A DNA stretch of 64,000 bases from NCBI GenBank assembly GCA_963775895.1, contig CAVZKL010000028.1, positions 1 to 64,000 on the forward strand. The letters run 5' to 3'. Position numbers and translations under genes: made by a program. How positions within the stretch are numbered: position 1 is the first letter of the stretch; every line of letters starts with the position of its first letter. The notes beneath the pieces were generated by a model. It had not been told where the DNA came from. It made no database searches and saw nothing but the letters and a program-made list of their open reading frames with translations. Shown here piece after piece: positions 24,833 through 36,519 of the stretch. The stretch comes from Candidatus Bathyarchaeota archaeon. Its GTDB lineage: Archaea; Thermoproteota; Bathyarchaeia; Bathyarchaeales; Bathycorpusculaceae.

Positions 24833-25316
24833 ATGACTAAAAAAACGATCAAATCGAGAAAAGCCATATCACCGATACTAGCCACACTCTTACTCGTCGT
24901 CATAGCAGTAGCTGCGATAGTCGTAACCTACGCGTGGATCATGACCTACATGAACAACGCGAATCATCAAGCTGGCGTCATTCTCTTCATGGCGAACGTG
25001 AACTTCTACAACGACAGCGGCACACCGAAAATCGCCATCGACATAGGCGACTCTGGAACACAAGGAACCAACATCGCACTCTTATACGTTGGAACGTCAG
25101 AAACAAACATGCAGAACCAAACATTCACTCCAGCACAGCCTCCTGTGACGCAATGGCGTATTTGCAACGATCACGATAAACTACAACTGGACACAAGGCA
25201 CGATATATTATTTCAAAGTGCTGGGCCAAGCAGGAGCGACCCTCGGACCCGTTTCAGCACAAGCACCAGTCAGCCTAAGAAAAAACACGACAATCTCAGT
25301 TTCCTTTCCGATTTGA
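24833..25316 (+). CDS. Probable major pilin (class III signal peptide); frameshift ~25145, 3' end approximate
   Basis: KSRKA|ISPILATLLLVVIAVAAIVVTYAW; AGGTGA RBS; own TATA (GGTTAAATA ~24784). Confidence 0.8.
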
Positions 25317-25384
25317 AAAACCGACCGCATTCGCCGAAATCTCGTCAGAAAGAAATATAACGATTCAACGACATCAACACAAAG

Positions 25385-26200
25385 GTGCAAAGCTCTCAAA
25401 TACTCGATGCTGCAAGGATCGCACTAGTCGCGGTTTTCTTTATTTACGCGTCGTGGAGCGACCACAAATCCCGCGAAGTCAGCGATACGGTGTGGCTACT
25501 CCTAGGCCCCCTATCTTTAGCTTTAACACTCACAGAATTATTCGTTTTCTACTCTTCACAACTGATCTCTTACGCCGCATGTTTCGGCGTGACCGCAGCT
25601 TTTGCGGTTATCCTTTTTTACTCAGGCGCCTTCGGAGGCGCTGATGCGAAAGCCCTGATGTGTCTGGCACTCGCATTGCCATTCTACCCAGGCGGCCTGT
25701 TGACACCTCTGGCAGGGGATCCGTCACTGATATCGACCATGTTCTTTCCAATCACGGTGTTCAGCAATTCGGTACTGTTCGCAGCGCTGTCAGCAGTCGC
25801 GTTGCTTCTCTACAACGCGGTGTGGCGTCTGAGAACACGTAGAGAATTGTTCGAAGGAAATCAGCGAAACGAATCCATAGGAAAGAAGGCGTTAGTTCTA
25901 GTTACAGGCTACAAAGCTGCCATCAGTAAGCTGAAAGAAAAATGGCACGTGTACCCGATGGAAGACATAGAACAAGACCCAGACAAAGGATACAAAAGAA
26001 AACTGATAATCCTGCCAAAAGACGAAGGCAGAAACGAAATCGTGGACAGACTCAACAAGGCGGTTGAGACAGGAACCATAAAAGACGGTGTCTGGGCCAC
26101 CCCAGGGCTCCCGATGCTGATATTCATCACAGCAGGACTTCTTGTCGCACTGTTTGTGGGCGACATCGTCTGGATATGCATTCGTCTGGCTCTCGGTTAG
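25385..26200 (+). CDS. Prepilin/prearchaellin peptidase (A24, PibD/FlaK-like)
   Basis: ASWSDHKSREVSD, FGGADAKAL, C-terminal VWATPGLPML. Confidence 0.9.
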   Translation: MQSSQILDAARIALVAVFFIYASWSDHKSREVSDTVWLLLGPLSLALTLTELFVFYSSQLISYAACFGVTAAFAVILFYSGAFGGADAKALMCLALALPFYPGGLLTPLAGDPSLISTMFFPITVFSNSVLFAALSAVALLLYNAVWRLRTRRELFEGNQRNESIGKKALVLVTGYKAAISKLKEKWHVYPMEDIEQDPDKGYKRKLIILPKDEGRNEIVDRLNKAVETGTIKDGVWATPGLPMLIFITAGLLVALFVGDIVWICIRLALG

Positions 26201-26263
26201 AGTCGTCTAGTTTTTAAATGCCCAAAACAATCTTGATCATTGAGCGGCTAGACTCAACAGGGT

Positions 26264-27636
26264 ATGAAAACTTTGACGAAAATGTTCGGCAGCTCAGGAG
26301 TCCGCGGCCTGGTAAATGACGATCTTACACCCGCACTTGCGGCGCAAATCGGCTCCGCTGTCGGGACACACTCAAACGCAAAACTCGCACTTGTTGCCCG
26401 AGATACGAGAACTTCAGGTCTCGAACTCGAAAACGCCCTGGTATCTGGACTTCTTTCCAGTGGAACCAACGTCAAAATACTGGGAACGGTGCCCACTCCA
26501 GCATTAGCTTTCTTGACACGTAAAATGAACGCAGACGTAGGCATAATGATAACCGCTTCACACAATCCGCCTCAATACAACGGCATCAAAATCTTCACCC
26601 CCCAGACTCTTGCATACAATGAGCAGGACCAAACACGAAATTGAAAAAATCATAGACCACAAGCGCTTCAAACGAGCGAATTGGCAAAACATAGGCGAAG
26701 CCCAATCAACCGATCAGACTCAACTGTACGTCGAGATGATAACACGATCAGTTCAACTTCGCAGAAGATGGCACGTGATCGTTGACCCGGGATGTGGAGC
26801 CACGTACAAATCAGCTCCAGCAGCGTTGAAAGCTCTGGGTTGCAAAGTAACAACGCTGAACGCTCAACCTGACGGGTTCTTCCCTGCAAGGAGCCCAGAG
26901 CCGAACAAAGACTCTTTGAAACCTCTCGCCAGAATCGTAAAAAACTTGGATGCCGATCTGGGTCTCGCCTACGATGGCGACGGTGACAGAGTGGTCTTCA
27001 TAGATGAAAATGGAGTGCTGGCAGATTTTGATCGTGTTCTCGCCGCCTATGCCGGATATGTAATCGAAAAGAATCGCGGCGGGATCGTTGTAACAAACGT
27101 GGAAGCTTCGATGTGTATCGACAAAATGGTCGAAACGAATAATGGAAAAGTTGTCAGATCCAGAGTCGGAGACGTTTACCTTTCAGAAGTGATGAAAGAA
27201 AAAAGGCGCAATCTTCGGCGGAGAGCCTTGCGGTGCCTGGATACATCCAGGGTTCCATTACTGCCCCGATGGCATTCTTTCATCCGCACTGGTTTTGAAA
27301 ACCCTCGATGAGAAAGATGAAAAATTGACAGAACTCGTCTCTGAAACACCCGAATACCATACATTGCGAAAAAACATCGCATTCGACGCAGAGGTCAAAC
27401 ACAAGATAATTGAGAAAGTGGGCAAAAACTTTCAAAGCATCTTCAATAACAGTAATGGGTTTTCAAAAGTTGATGGCATCCGTATATCACTAGAAGCTGG
27501 GTGGATTCTGATCAGAGAGTCAGGAACCGAACCCTTGGTGAGACTCACAGTTGAGGGTGAATCGTTAAAAACAGCTAGAAACATAATGGAGAAAGGTATT
27601 GTGCTCGTGGAACAATCGGCTAGGGAAGGGAAATAG
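26264..27636 (+). CDS. glmM: Phosphoglucosamine mutase/phosphohexomutase (two frameshifts)
   Basis: [37 protein letters not shown]; adjacent to glmU. Confidence 0.85.
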
Positions 27637-28909
27637 TTGAAAGCAGCAATCTTGGCCGCTGGAGAAGGAGTGAGACTCCAACCAATAACAGCAACAAGGC
27701 CAAAACATCTGATAAAGATTGGCGGAAAGTCAATTCTTGAACACTGCCTCAACGCATTGAAAGCATCAGGCACCAACGAAGTTGTAATAGTCGTCCACTA
27801 CATGGCGGACGCGATAAAAACACTTTTTGATGACGGGAAAAAGTTGGGGTTAAAAATTGAATACGCCGAACAGAAGGGAATCTTCGGCACAGGCAACGCC
27901 GTGAGCGTCGTCGAACCCTACATGAAAGAAGATTTTCTGCTTGTGAACGGAGACTTGCTTTTCGACGCGGAAGCGGTAAGAACAGTCATCAACCTTCACC
28001 AGAAAGAAAAACCCGCAACCACGATGGCAATAGTCCCCGTCGAAAAACCCGAAAACTACGGAATAGTTGAGCTTGAAGGCGACAACAAGGTCAAACGGAT
28101 AATAGAGAAACCAAAACGCGAAGAAACCCCAACGAACCTCGCAAACGCGGGAATCTACGCCTTCTCCACAGAGATATTCAGTAAGCTGAAAGAGACTGCG
28201 CCGTCATCCAGAGGTGAATGGGAAATCCCAGACGCACTTTCGCTTTTCATAAAAGAGAACAAGACAGTAATGGCTGCAAAAATCGCCAAAGAACAGTGGC
28301 TCGACATAGGAAGCCCATGGGACCTACTTGAAGCAAACCGCTGGGTTCTCAACAAGAATGAAGCCCAAATCAAACGGCATCATAGAGAACGGAGCACACC
28401 TTCTCGGACACGTAACAGTAGCGGAGACAGCACGGATACGTTCAGGAGCTTACATTGAAGGACCCACTTGTATTGAAGAAGAAAGCGACATAGGACCAAA
28501 CTGTTACATCAGAGCGTACACCAGCATAGGCAAAAGAGTAAGAATAGGAAATGCCTGCGAAATCAAGAACAGCATAATCATGGATCACGCCCACATCGGT
28601 CACCTTTCCTACGTCGGCGACAGCATCATCGGCGAAAAATGCAACCTCGCAGCCGGCACGATAACAGCCAACTATCGACTTGACGCCAAGACGGTCAAAA
28701 TGATGATCAAAGACAAAATCGTAGACAGTGAACGGAGAAAACTCGGAGCAGTCCTTGGAGACAACGTGAAAACAGGGATAAACGCACTTTTCATGCCAGG
28801 AGTGAAGGTTGGAAACGACAGCTGGATCGGCCCAAACGTTCAGGTTCAAAAAGACGTGCCGCCGAAAAGCATAATCCTCCTGAAACAGGACCTTGAAAGC
28901 AGAAGTTGA
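27637..28909 (+). CDS. glmU: Bifunctional sugar-1-phosphate nucleotidylyltransferase/acetyltransferase (archaeal GlmU); frameshift ~28355
   Basis: ILAAGEGVRL...PK, GTGNA, EKP, hexapeptide repeats, HLSYVGDS, RRKLGAVLGDNVKTG. Confidence 0.88.
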
Positions 28910-28974
28910 ACTGTTATATCACCAATTCTCCGAAAATGATAAATCGTCTGTAGTTATCTTTGATTCGAAGGCTT

Positions 28975-29484
28975 ATGAAAGAGGAAAGAATGGCCAAACT
29001 CTTGCGGGAACTAATCCGCGACTCAAGAAGAAGCGACAGAGAGCTGGCCAAAGCCATTGGAGCCTCCCAACCAACAGTCACTCGAAACAGAAAGCTCCTA
29101 GAAAAATACATCAGGAGCTACACCATAGTTCCCGAGTTCAGCAGAATAGGCTACGAAATGTTGGCAATGACTTTTGCCAAAACAAAAGCCTACAGCAAAG
29201 AAGATAACGAAAAGAAAATGAACTCAGCCCAAGAATGGGTAATGAAACGCCCAAACATTTTCTTTGCATCAGAGGGAGAAGGCCTAGGGAAAGACATGGT
29301 AATAATCTCCATTCACAGGGATTATTCGAAGTATGCAGAGTTTATGCGAGATTACACCGTCAAGTTTGCAGAGTTCGTAACGGATGTCCAGTCATTCATC
29401 GTAAGCCTGAAGACTGGAAAACTCCTTAAACCATTTGACCTCAAATATCTCTCGGAAGATATAGAAACGACAAGCAGATCCTAG
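28975..29484 (+). CDS. Lrp/AsnC family transcriptional regulator
   Basis: DSRRSDRELAKAIGASQPTVTR HTH, YTIVPEFSRIGY linker, RAM-like C-terminus. Confidence 0.85.
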   Translation: MKEERMAKLLRELIRDSRRSDRELAKAIGASQPTVTRNRKLLEKYIRSYTIVPEFSRIGYEMLAMTFAKTKAYSKEDNEKKMNSAQEWVMKRPNIFFASEGEGLGKDMVIISIHRDYSKYAEFMRDYTVKFAEFVTDVQSFIVSLKTGKLLKPFDLKYLSEDIETTSRS

Positions 29485-29555
29485 CAGGCAACCGTTTTCG
29501 TTAAAATCTAAAATAGTCGTTCAACAGATTCGTTGGCCAGATAGGAGGTTCAGAA

Positions 29556-29984
29556 GTGTCAGTGGCACAAAGGAAATACTTCACCGAGGTATCAGCGTTA
29601 GCAGACAAGAACGTCATAGTGGTGACTGCAAACGGAAAAAAATTCAGCGGTACACTGATCGGGATTAACCAAGACGACCTAAGCCTTTGTCTATCAGGCG
29701 CCAAAGATGAAGAAGGAAGAATGCTGCACAGGGTTTTCCTGAACGGAAACATCGTAGCGCAAATATTCACAGTTGAAAAACCTTTTGACCTGAAGGCCTT
29801 GGCTGAACGCTTAGAAAAGGTGTTCCCGACGATGGTCAGATTGTACGAGGACAAGGGCTTCATCTGGGTCATGGACAAGGTCAAGTTGACGGAAAAAGGC
29901 GTCGTGGAAGGATCAGGGCCCGCGGCTGAGCGTGTGCAAAAAGTCTACGAATTGTTCATGGGCGAAGTCAAGGGCAAAGCCTAG
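29556..29984 (+). CDS. Sm-like protein with C-terminal domain (SmAP3/Lsm_C type)
   Basis: Sm1 (VVTANGKKFSGTLIGIN..LSLCL), Sm2 (VFLNGNIVAQI), C-terminal FPTMVRL...KVKLTEKGV..GSGP. Confidence 0.85.
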   Translation: MSVAQRKYFTEVSALADKNVIVVTANGKKFSGTLIGINQDDLSLCLSGAKDEEGRMLHRVFLNGNIVAQIFTVEKPFDLKALAERLEKVFPTMVRLYEDKGFIWVMDKVKLTEKGVVEGSGPAAERVQKVYELFMGEVKGKA

Positions 29985-30733
29985 ATAAACCAGCGGAACT
30001 GCTGTTCCTCTCTCTTCTTTTCTTCTCCAACATTTCTTATCAGCCCAAACGACTCGAGCACCTTCTTAGTCTCTTCAGCAGCGGCATCCACCCTAGCAAG
30101 ATCAACGTTCATCTTCAAAAACTTGTTCAGTGCCGCCAGCGCAACGCGCGCAGCGTTCGCGTCAGGGTAGATCCCCAGTGTGTCGACAAGCAACGAGAAA
30201 CTTTTGAAACCTTTGAGTTTGGCCAGTCCGACCATTATGCCCGCGATGCCGAACACTTGCCCGACCATGATTTTCGTTCCGAGTCCAAGGGCTTCCGCCA
30301 GAGTCTCATTGTCTGAGGCAGCGCAATAGATCTGAGGAGCTGTCCTGATCTCCTCCTGCCTGTAGCCGCCCAACGTGATTATGTACTTGCAACCCAACTC
30401 TTTAGCAACGTCCAGGACACGGCCGCAGAGCTCGTATTGCCCAAAAGTTGTCAATGCTTGAGTATTACCGTACCAAATGACCATGTCACGCTCGTTGTCC
30501 CCTCCCTTATAGTAGTAAAGCTCATTCATAGGCGAGAGTGTTCTGCCGTTGGCAGTAGTCACTGCGAGATCTTGAAAAGAAGAAGAGTGGATCTCGGCGA
30601 AGCGTTGTGCCTTCAACTCATGAATCAAATGCAGAGCTGTTATGTTTGCAACGAAGCCTATCCCTGGTAAGCCTTCGATTAGCACTGGCTCGCGAAGCGT
30701 CGGTTTTTCATTCATCTCCAGTATGCAGACCAT
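29981..30733 (-). CDS. PAC2/proteasome assembly chaperone family protein
   Basis: LIEGLPGIGFVA, GNTQ, IITLGG, T.G.YPD motifs. Confidence 0.85.
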   Translation of the reverse strand: MVCILEMNEKPTLREPVLIEGLPGIGFVANITALHLIHELKAQRFAEIHSSSFQDLAVTTANGRTLSPMNELYYYKGGDNERDMVIWYGNTQALTTFGQYELCGRVLDVAKELGCKYIITLGGYRQEEIRTAPQIYCAASDNETLAEALGLGTKIMVGQVFGIAGIMVGLAKLKGFKSFSLLVDTLGIYPDANAARVALAALNKFLKMNVDLARVDAAAEETKKVLESFGLIRNVGEEKKREEQQFRWFI

Positions 30734-30822
30734 CGAGTCAATTCCTTTACGCGCGTTCGAACGGGTAGTAGATGAAAGACCATGCTATAAGTGTGTTTTG
30801 ATAAACCAGAACAGCACTAGGC

Positions 30823-32868
30823 TTATTGAAGCGCCACGAGTTTCAGTTTTTCGAGGTCTCTCACGAACTTCAACGCGAGTTCGGCATCGGTGTCGGAGTA
30901 TTCGGCTGAAACAGCACTCAAAATCTGGTACATGTTTCTTTTTCCATCCATGAAATTGAGAATCTCAGCAGCCTTCTTAGAGAATTCCGCATCTTTCTTA
31001 TCGATCTCCAGATACCATCCAAAATCCTTTTCACCGAGACCCTTCTTCATCGATCCGAAACTAAGCGTCCCCTTGAAAAGCCTTCGAGGGATAAGCTTTC
31101 TCAACTCATCATTTCTGTCGTTTGGTTCGGCGCCGGGCAAAACCAAAGCAGAAGCATTCGCTACAAAATTCAATGCCTCCTCAAGTCTTGATGTGGTTCT
31201 GCGCCCTGCATCGACAATGTCAATGCAGCATCGGTCCAAGATGAGCTGCATTTCTGGGTTCACTCCGAGTCTCTTTACTGATTGGATCGCCTGCTGTTCA
31301 CGCCAGACGACGTGCTCGATTTTGTTTCTGCAGCGGTCAGCGATCTTGACCAGTTCTCTGGCGAGTTGATCCGATTTGTCCTTCAGATTCCGATCGCCTT
31401 TTTTCCCGAAGAGATCCTCGGTCGCCGCTCGGCCGATCTCTTCGATTCTCCCAACGGCTCGGGATGCAGTCTCCATTGCTAGCAGACAACCTTCTTCAGC
31501 ATCCGCGCTTGCAAGCGTCAGGGCAGCAACTGTTGCGATCCAACCAACACGTTTGAGACTGTTAACACTCACATTGTCAATCGTGTCCATGCTGGTGTGA
31601 TAGAAGAGATCAGGCCACTGCAATAACATGATGCAGGGTACTCCAATAGTTGAGTCTGTGAATTCCGCATGATCGCTTCCTCCGCTAAAAGCGCCTGTGG
31701 CGTACCTGAAAGTTGAAGTTGAACCAAAGGGTGAAGATGCGTCAAACTCCTTCACTGATCGTTCGAAGAGGCTGAAAACATAGTCGTTGAGATATGACGG
31801 CAAAGAATCAGGGGTACGATCGAGATTAAGCGTTGATCTGCACAGTTCCTGATCTTGTCCAACCATGTCAAGGTTTATTCCCGCGACCAGTCTTCGAGAA
31901 CTATCTTCGTGGCGGTGAAGGTAAGCCACCGAACCGCTAGTCTCCGGAACCCACAAGAAACGAATTGTTCTCGCAGGCCGTTCTATCTTGCCATCGTCAA
32001 TTAAGACTTTGATGGTTCTTGCCACTTCGAGCAGAAGACCACTTCCTGAAGCGTTATCATTAGCGCTGGGTTTCGGATGACACAAATGTGCGATAAGAAA
32101 TATTTCCTCGTTGGGTTTTGACGACCCTTGAATAGTGGCGGTTACCACATCCAATTTTCCCACAAAAAGACGAGCATCCACCTTAGCCTTCAACCTCACC
32201 CGCTTGCCGTCGCTTAGTAGTGCTCTCAAACGATTTCCCTGTCTTTTGCTCAGAGAGAATCCAAATCTCACCTTCGGGAGGTCTTCCGCTGATGGCCATA
32301 TGGCTTGGTAGGCATGGGCATCGGGAATATCCAGACTTTCCCTCACGTCTGGCATTTCAAATGTAATCGTGTCGGTGATAACGCCTGCTGCACCATACTT
32401 GTAGACAGCTAGTTCATGAACTCGTTTGGCTCTACCGGTTGCAAGCACGAATTTGCCTTTCACGTCTTTTCCTTCATAATCTGCAGGTTTTGTTCCTGAT
32501 CCCACCTCAACGAGTTCGGCGGTTACTCCTTCAGGCGGTGTTGCGTTGCTGTGAGTGTGCAGACTCTGAGGCGTGTCTTGATAAGTCACTATCAATTTCT
32601 CTTCAGGCTCAACGAGACGAAGTTCGGCACTGTTCACCGTCCAACCGATGGGGGAAGTGTGCGTCCAGTATTCTTTTGCTCCGTCGGCGGTATACTGCTC
32701 GATAGTGGCGTCGTCCAAACCCATCTTGATCAATTCATTTTTTACGTGTTCAGCAGCCTCATGGAACATTGTTGAAGCCTGAATCCTGTGAAACCGTGAA
32801 ATCTGCGCGACAAACGTTTTCGCAATATTTCCAGAAATTTCTTCCTTGACGATCTTGTTCAAACTCAT
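30823..32868 (-). CDS. M28-family aminopeptidase-like protein (DUF4910 type) with PA domain
   Basis: AHLCHPKPSANDNASG, WVPETSG, INLDMVG, GGSDH, FYHTSMD; PA insert DVKGKFVL. Confidence 0.8.
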   Translation of the reverse strand: MSLNKIVKEEISGNIAKTFVAQISRFHRIQASTMFHEAAEHVKNELIKMGLDDATIEQYTADGAKEYWTHTSPIGWTVNSAELRLVEPEEKLIVTYQDTPQSLHTHSNATPPEGVTAELVEVGSGTKPADYEGKDVKGKFVLATGRAKRVHELAVYKYGAAGVITDTITFEMPDVRESLDIPDAHAYQAIWPSAEDLPKVRFGFSLSKRQGNRLRALLSDGKRVRLKAKVDARLFVGKLDVVTATIQGSSKPNEEIFLIAHLCHPKPSANDNASGSGLLLEVARTIKVLIDDGKIERPARTIRFLWVPETSGSVAYLHRHEDSSRRLVAGINLDMVGQDQELCRSTLNLDRTPDSLPSYLNDYVFSLFERSVKEFDASSPFGSTSTFRYATGAFSGGSDHAEFTDSTIGVPCIMLLQWPDLFYHTSMDTIDNVSVNSLKRVGWIATVAALTLASADAEEGCLLAMETASRAVGRIEEIGRAATEDLFGKKGDRNLKDKSDQLARELVKIADRCRNKIEHVVWREQQAIQSVKRLGVNPEMQLILDRCCIDIVDAGRRTTSRLEEALNFVANASALVLPGAEPNDRNDELRKLIPRRLFKGTLSFGSMKKGLGEKDFGWYLEIDKKDAEFSKKAAEILNFMDGKRNMYQILSAVSAEYSDTDAELALKFVRDLEKLKLVALQ

Positions 32869-32956
32869 ACTAAATCACACTCTGCACTGAGCGGAAATGT
32901 ATCTGGTGAATGTTTTTTATATGCGTGTCTATTTTCTTTGTCATAAAGGCTCAACA

Positions 32957-34529
32957 ATGTCTTTTGAAGTAAAGGAAAAAGACCTGCTTGCAAGGATTGG
33001 CAAACTCAAAACAAAGAGTGGAACCGTCGAGACACCCCTGCTCTTTCCTGTAGTCAACCCAAATACACAGCTCATTTCTCCAAAGAGAATACACGAGGAA
33101 TTTGGTTTCGAAGCCTTGATAACTAACGCGTACATACTGAGAAATAACGCAACCAAACAGCCTGCACAAGATGGATTACACAAATTCTTGGGTTTCGACG
33201 GAACCGTAATGACGGATTCTGGCGCCTATCAGATTCTCATTTATGGAGATGTAGAAGTTACTTCCAAACAGATCGTCGAATATCAGGAAATGATAGGGTC
33301 AGACATTGCGACGATATCTAGATATTCCAACAGGCTGGAAAGTGACGGAAGAGCACGCGAGCAGGACCGTTGACGAAACACTCAGAAGAGCAAAGGAGTT
33401 CTTCCAACAAAAGACAAGAGAAGATATTCTCTGGGTGGGTCCAGTTCAGGGAGGAAAATACCTAGATCTTGTATCGAAATCAGCCCGCGCGATGGGAAAA
33501 CTGCCGTTTGAAATTCACGCGTTGGGAAGCCCAACAGAAGTGATGGAACGTTACAGGTTCGACGTCTTGGTTGACATGATAATGGCCGCCAAAAACCATC
33601 TGCCAATCGAGAGACCGCTCCATCTCTTCGGAGCGGGACATCCCATCATGTTCTCTCTGGCGGTAGCCCTAGGCTGCGACCTCTTCGATTCGGCAGCGTA
33701 CATGCTTTACGCAAAAGAAGACCGCTACATGACAGAGAACGGCACATCAAGACTTGCGGAACTGGAGTATTTTCCTTGCACATGCCCGAAATGTGCAGCA
33801 ACAACACCCAAAAAAATCTCCGAGTTGAGCCCCAGTGAAAGACAAGTCTTCCTCGCCGAACACAACCTATACGTCTGTGCCGCTGAGCTGAAACGCATAA
33901 AGCAAGCCATAAAGGACGGAAGACTCTGGGAACACACGGAAATGCGAGCACACTCGCACCCATCCATTTTTCACGCGCTGAAAAAACTTGGCGCCTACCA
34001 AGAAATACTTGAAAAACACGATCCCGCAACCAAGAACAGTGGACTCTTTTACTTCGACTCAAACAGTCTGATGCGACCGGAGATTCTTCGTCATAGAAAA
34101 AGATTGCACGAAAGGCACTCTCCAACGAATGCAAGCGTTCTCATCCTCGCTCCGCAAACGCGAACAAAACCCTTCCACAAATCGATACCCTTTAAGCGTA
34201 TGTTAGCTCGCCTCAGTAAAGGGCCTAAAGGAAAACCAATCAAGACGCACGTGTGCTTTTACGCGGCTCCCTTCGGGATCATTCCAATTGAACTTGACGA
34301 GGTTTACCCACTTTCACAACACGAAATCGCCATTCCTCTAGACGCCGAAACAATGAACTACGTTGCGAGTCAAGTGGAAGAATACATTTTGCGCACAGAT
34401 CACAGCCGGATTGTACTTTTTCACGATGCCGAGATTTGGAAAGATTCGATACTGAAGGCATGCAAAAAAGCCTGTTCCAAGAAAAATGTCAAGCTTGAAT
34501 GCGTCAGCCTCAAGAAAAGCCAAGAATAG
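32957..34529 (+). CDS. tgtA: Archaeosine tRNA-guanine(15) transglycosylase; frameshift ~33318
   Basis: ITNAYIL, MTDSGAYQ, LDIPT, PVQGG, HLFGAGHP, DLFDSAAY, CTCPKC/HN Zn site. Confidence 0.92.
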
Positions 34530-34669
34530 TTCCCGCTACAGCTTGCAAAGAATTCTGTCCATAGGATCGAGGTTTAATGGCATTCGGAGCGCGTGTTTTT
34601 TCAACAGGAAGTCAATATGTTTTTAAAAGAGCATAGGGCTTGTTTACTGAAATAGCGGTTGAAAACAAA

Positions 34670-35935
34670 ATGGGACAGCTGCAAATCGGATTTCTGGGCG
34701 GCGCCCGCGAAGTTGGCAGAATAGCAATAACGGTCAAGACAGAAAAAACCCAGGTTTTGCTGGACTATGGGGCCATGCTAGACCATGAGCCAGGGTTTCC
34801 TATGCACATTCCGCCGAAAGACGTCGACGCCATAATCCTGTCCCACAGCCACCTAGACCATTCCGGCGCAATTCCAATATTCTACATTCAGGGAAAAAGA
34901 CCGTTGTACGCACATAGAGTAACGACAGAACTGAGCCAGTTACTCATATCAGATTTCATCCACTTGTCCAGTTACTATCTACCGTTTGAGTACTTGGAAT
35001 TGAAGTCAATGATGCAAAACAGTAAACATCTTGACTACGGCACCGAACAAAAAGTCGGAGACATGTCATTCCAGTTCAAGAATGCTGGGCACATTCCCGG
35101 AAGCGTACAAATACTCATTGAAGCCGAAGGAAAGAAAGTGCTCTACACAGGCGATTTCAACATAAACGACACAAGACTCCTCGAAGGAGCAAAAATGAAC
35201 TACGGCGACCTTGACGCCGTTGTGATTGAGAGTACGTACGCAAACGAAGACCACACCCAACGACCAGAATTGGAAAGACGATTCGTTGACGAATGCACAG
35301 AAGTTGTCGAAAAAGGAGGAATAGTCCTCGTTCCAGCCTTCGGAGTCGGAAGAGCCCAAGAACTCACGTGCGTCCTCGCAGCCCATCATTTCGAGTATCC
35401 CATCACTATCGACGGAATGGCACGTGAAGTGAGCAGAATAATGATGAGCAACCCGCAATCTCTCAAGGATCAAAGAGCTTTCACTGACGCGATACATTCA
35501 ACAAACTGGGTTGAAGGATGGCGGGATCGCAGAAAAGCCTCCAAGATGCCCGGCGTGATCATCTCGCCGGCTGGCATGCTGAAGGGCGGACCTGCAGTTT
35601 TTTACACGTCAAAAATAGGAAAAAAATCCGACAACGCTGTCTTCCTGGTCAGTTACCAGATACCAGGAACGCCAGGAAAAGAGCTGCTTGAAAAACACAT
35701 ATGCGTGATAGACGGAAAGATGAGGAAAATCAAGGCCCGCGTTGAGCATTTTGATTTCTCTTCACACTGCGGTGCGAGCGAGCTCAAAGAAGCACTGAGA
35801 AGACTCGGAGGGAAGCCCAAGGTCTACGTGGTTCACGGCGCCGAAGGAAACTGTGAACTTCTGGCGAAGTGGGCAAGAAGTGAGCTGGGTCTAGAAGCTA
35901 TCGCACCGAAAACAGGTGAAAAATTCAAACTCTAA
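34670..35935 (+). CDS. MBL-fold beta-CASP ribonuclease (aCPSF2-like, no KH domains)
   Basis: LGGAREVGR, SHSHLDHSG, AGHIPGS, YTGD, ESTY, FSSH, VHG. Confidence 0.88.
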   Translation: MGQLQIGFLGGAREVGRIAITVKTEKTQVLLDYGAMLDHEPGFPMHIPPKDVDAIILSHSHLDHSGAIPIFYIQGKRPLYAHRVTTELSQLLISDFIHLSSYYLPFEYLELKSMMQNSKHLDYGTEQKVGDMSFQFKNAGHIPGSVQILIEAEGKKVLYTGDFNINDTRLLEGAKMNYGDLDAVVIESTYANEDHTQRPELERRFVDECTEVVEKGGIVLVPAFGVGRAQELTCVLAAHHFEYPITIDGMAREVSRIMMSNPQSLKDQRAFTDAIHSTNWVEGWRDRRKASKMPGVIISPAGMLKGGPAVFYTSKIGKKSDNAVFLVSYQIPGTPGKELLEKHICVIDGKMRKIKARVEHFDFSSHCGASELKEALRRLGGKPKVYVVHGAEGNCELLAKWARSELGLEAIAPKTGEKFKL

Positions 35936-35949
35936 AGAGAATAGCAACT

Positions 35950-36519
35950 ATGAGAATCGGAATTCTTCACATAGGACAACTCAAGTCAGATTCCACGGTA
36001 AGGATTCAGGAAACATTGAACAATGTCTTTCCAGCCACAAAAGTCTGCGTGATACAAAAGGAAGTCTCACTACCTGAAGAAGCTTATAGCGAAGCGAGAA
36101 AACAATACCGTTCCGACATGATTTTGAAGATGATCAAAGAATATGCTGAGGAACACCCAGAATTTGACCGCGTCTTGGGAATCATCGATCTTGACATTTC
36201 CACGCCGGGGTTGAACTTCGTCTTCGGCGAAGCAGAACACCCTGGAAAAGCAGCCTTGATATCATTGTGGCGACTCAGACCAGAATTCTATCAGCAACCC
36301 TCAAACGAAGAATTGTTCGAAGAGAGAAGCGCCAAAGAGGCTGTACACGAGCTCGGACACACTCTAGGGTTGGACCACTGCACCAACCCCTTCTGTGTCA
36401 TGCACTTCTCCAACTCTATCCTCGAAACTGACGTTAAGAAGACCTTTTTCTGCAATAAATGCTCAATCACAGTAGAAACGGCTTCAGCGGAAATTGGGAA
36501 GAGCCTTGAAGAAGTTTAG
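35950..36519 (+). CDS. amzA: Archaemetzincin (peptidase M54)
   Basis: NFVFGEA, HELGHTLGLDHC...CVMHFSNS...FCNKC. Confidence 0.9.
   Translation: MRIGILHIGQLKSDSTVRIQETLNNVFPATKVCVIQKEVSLPEEAYSEARKQYRSDMILKMIKEYAEEHPEFDRVLGIIDLDISTPGLNFVFGEAEHPGKAALISLWRLRPEFYQQPSNEELFEERSAKEAVHELGHTLGLDHCTNPFCVMHFSNSILETDVKKTFFCNKCSITVETASAEIGKSLEEV

Noticed and set aside
14771-26200. Archaellum (motility) operon
   Set aside because: No arlF/G/H or archaellin-type genes; organisation fits an adhesive pilus.
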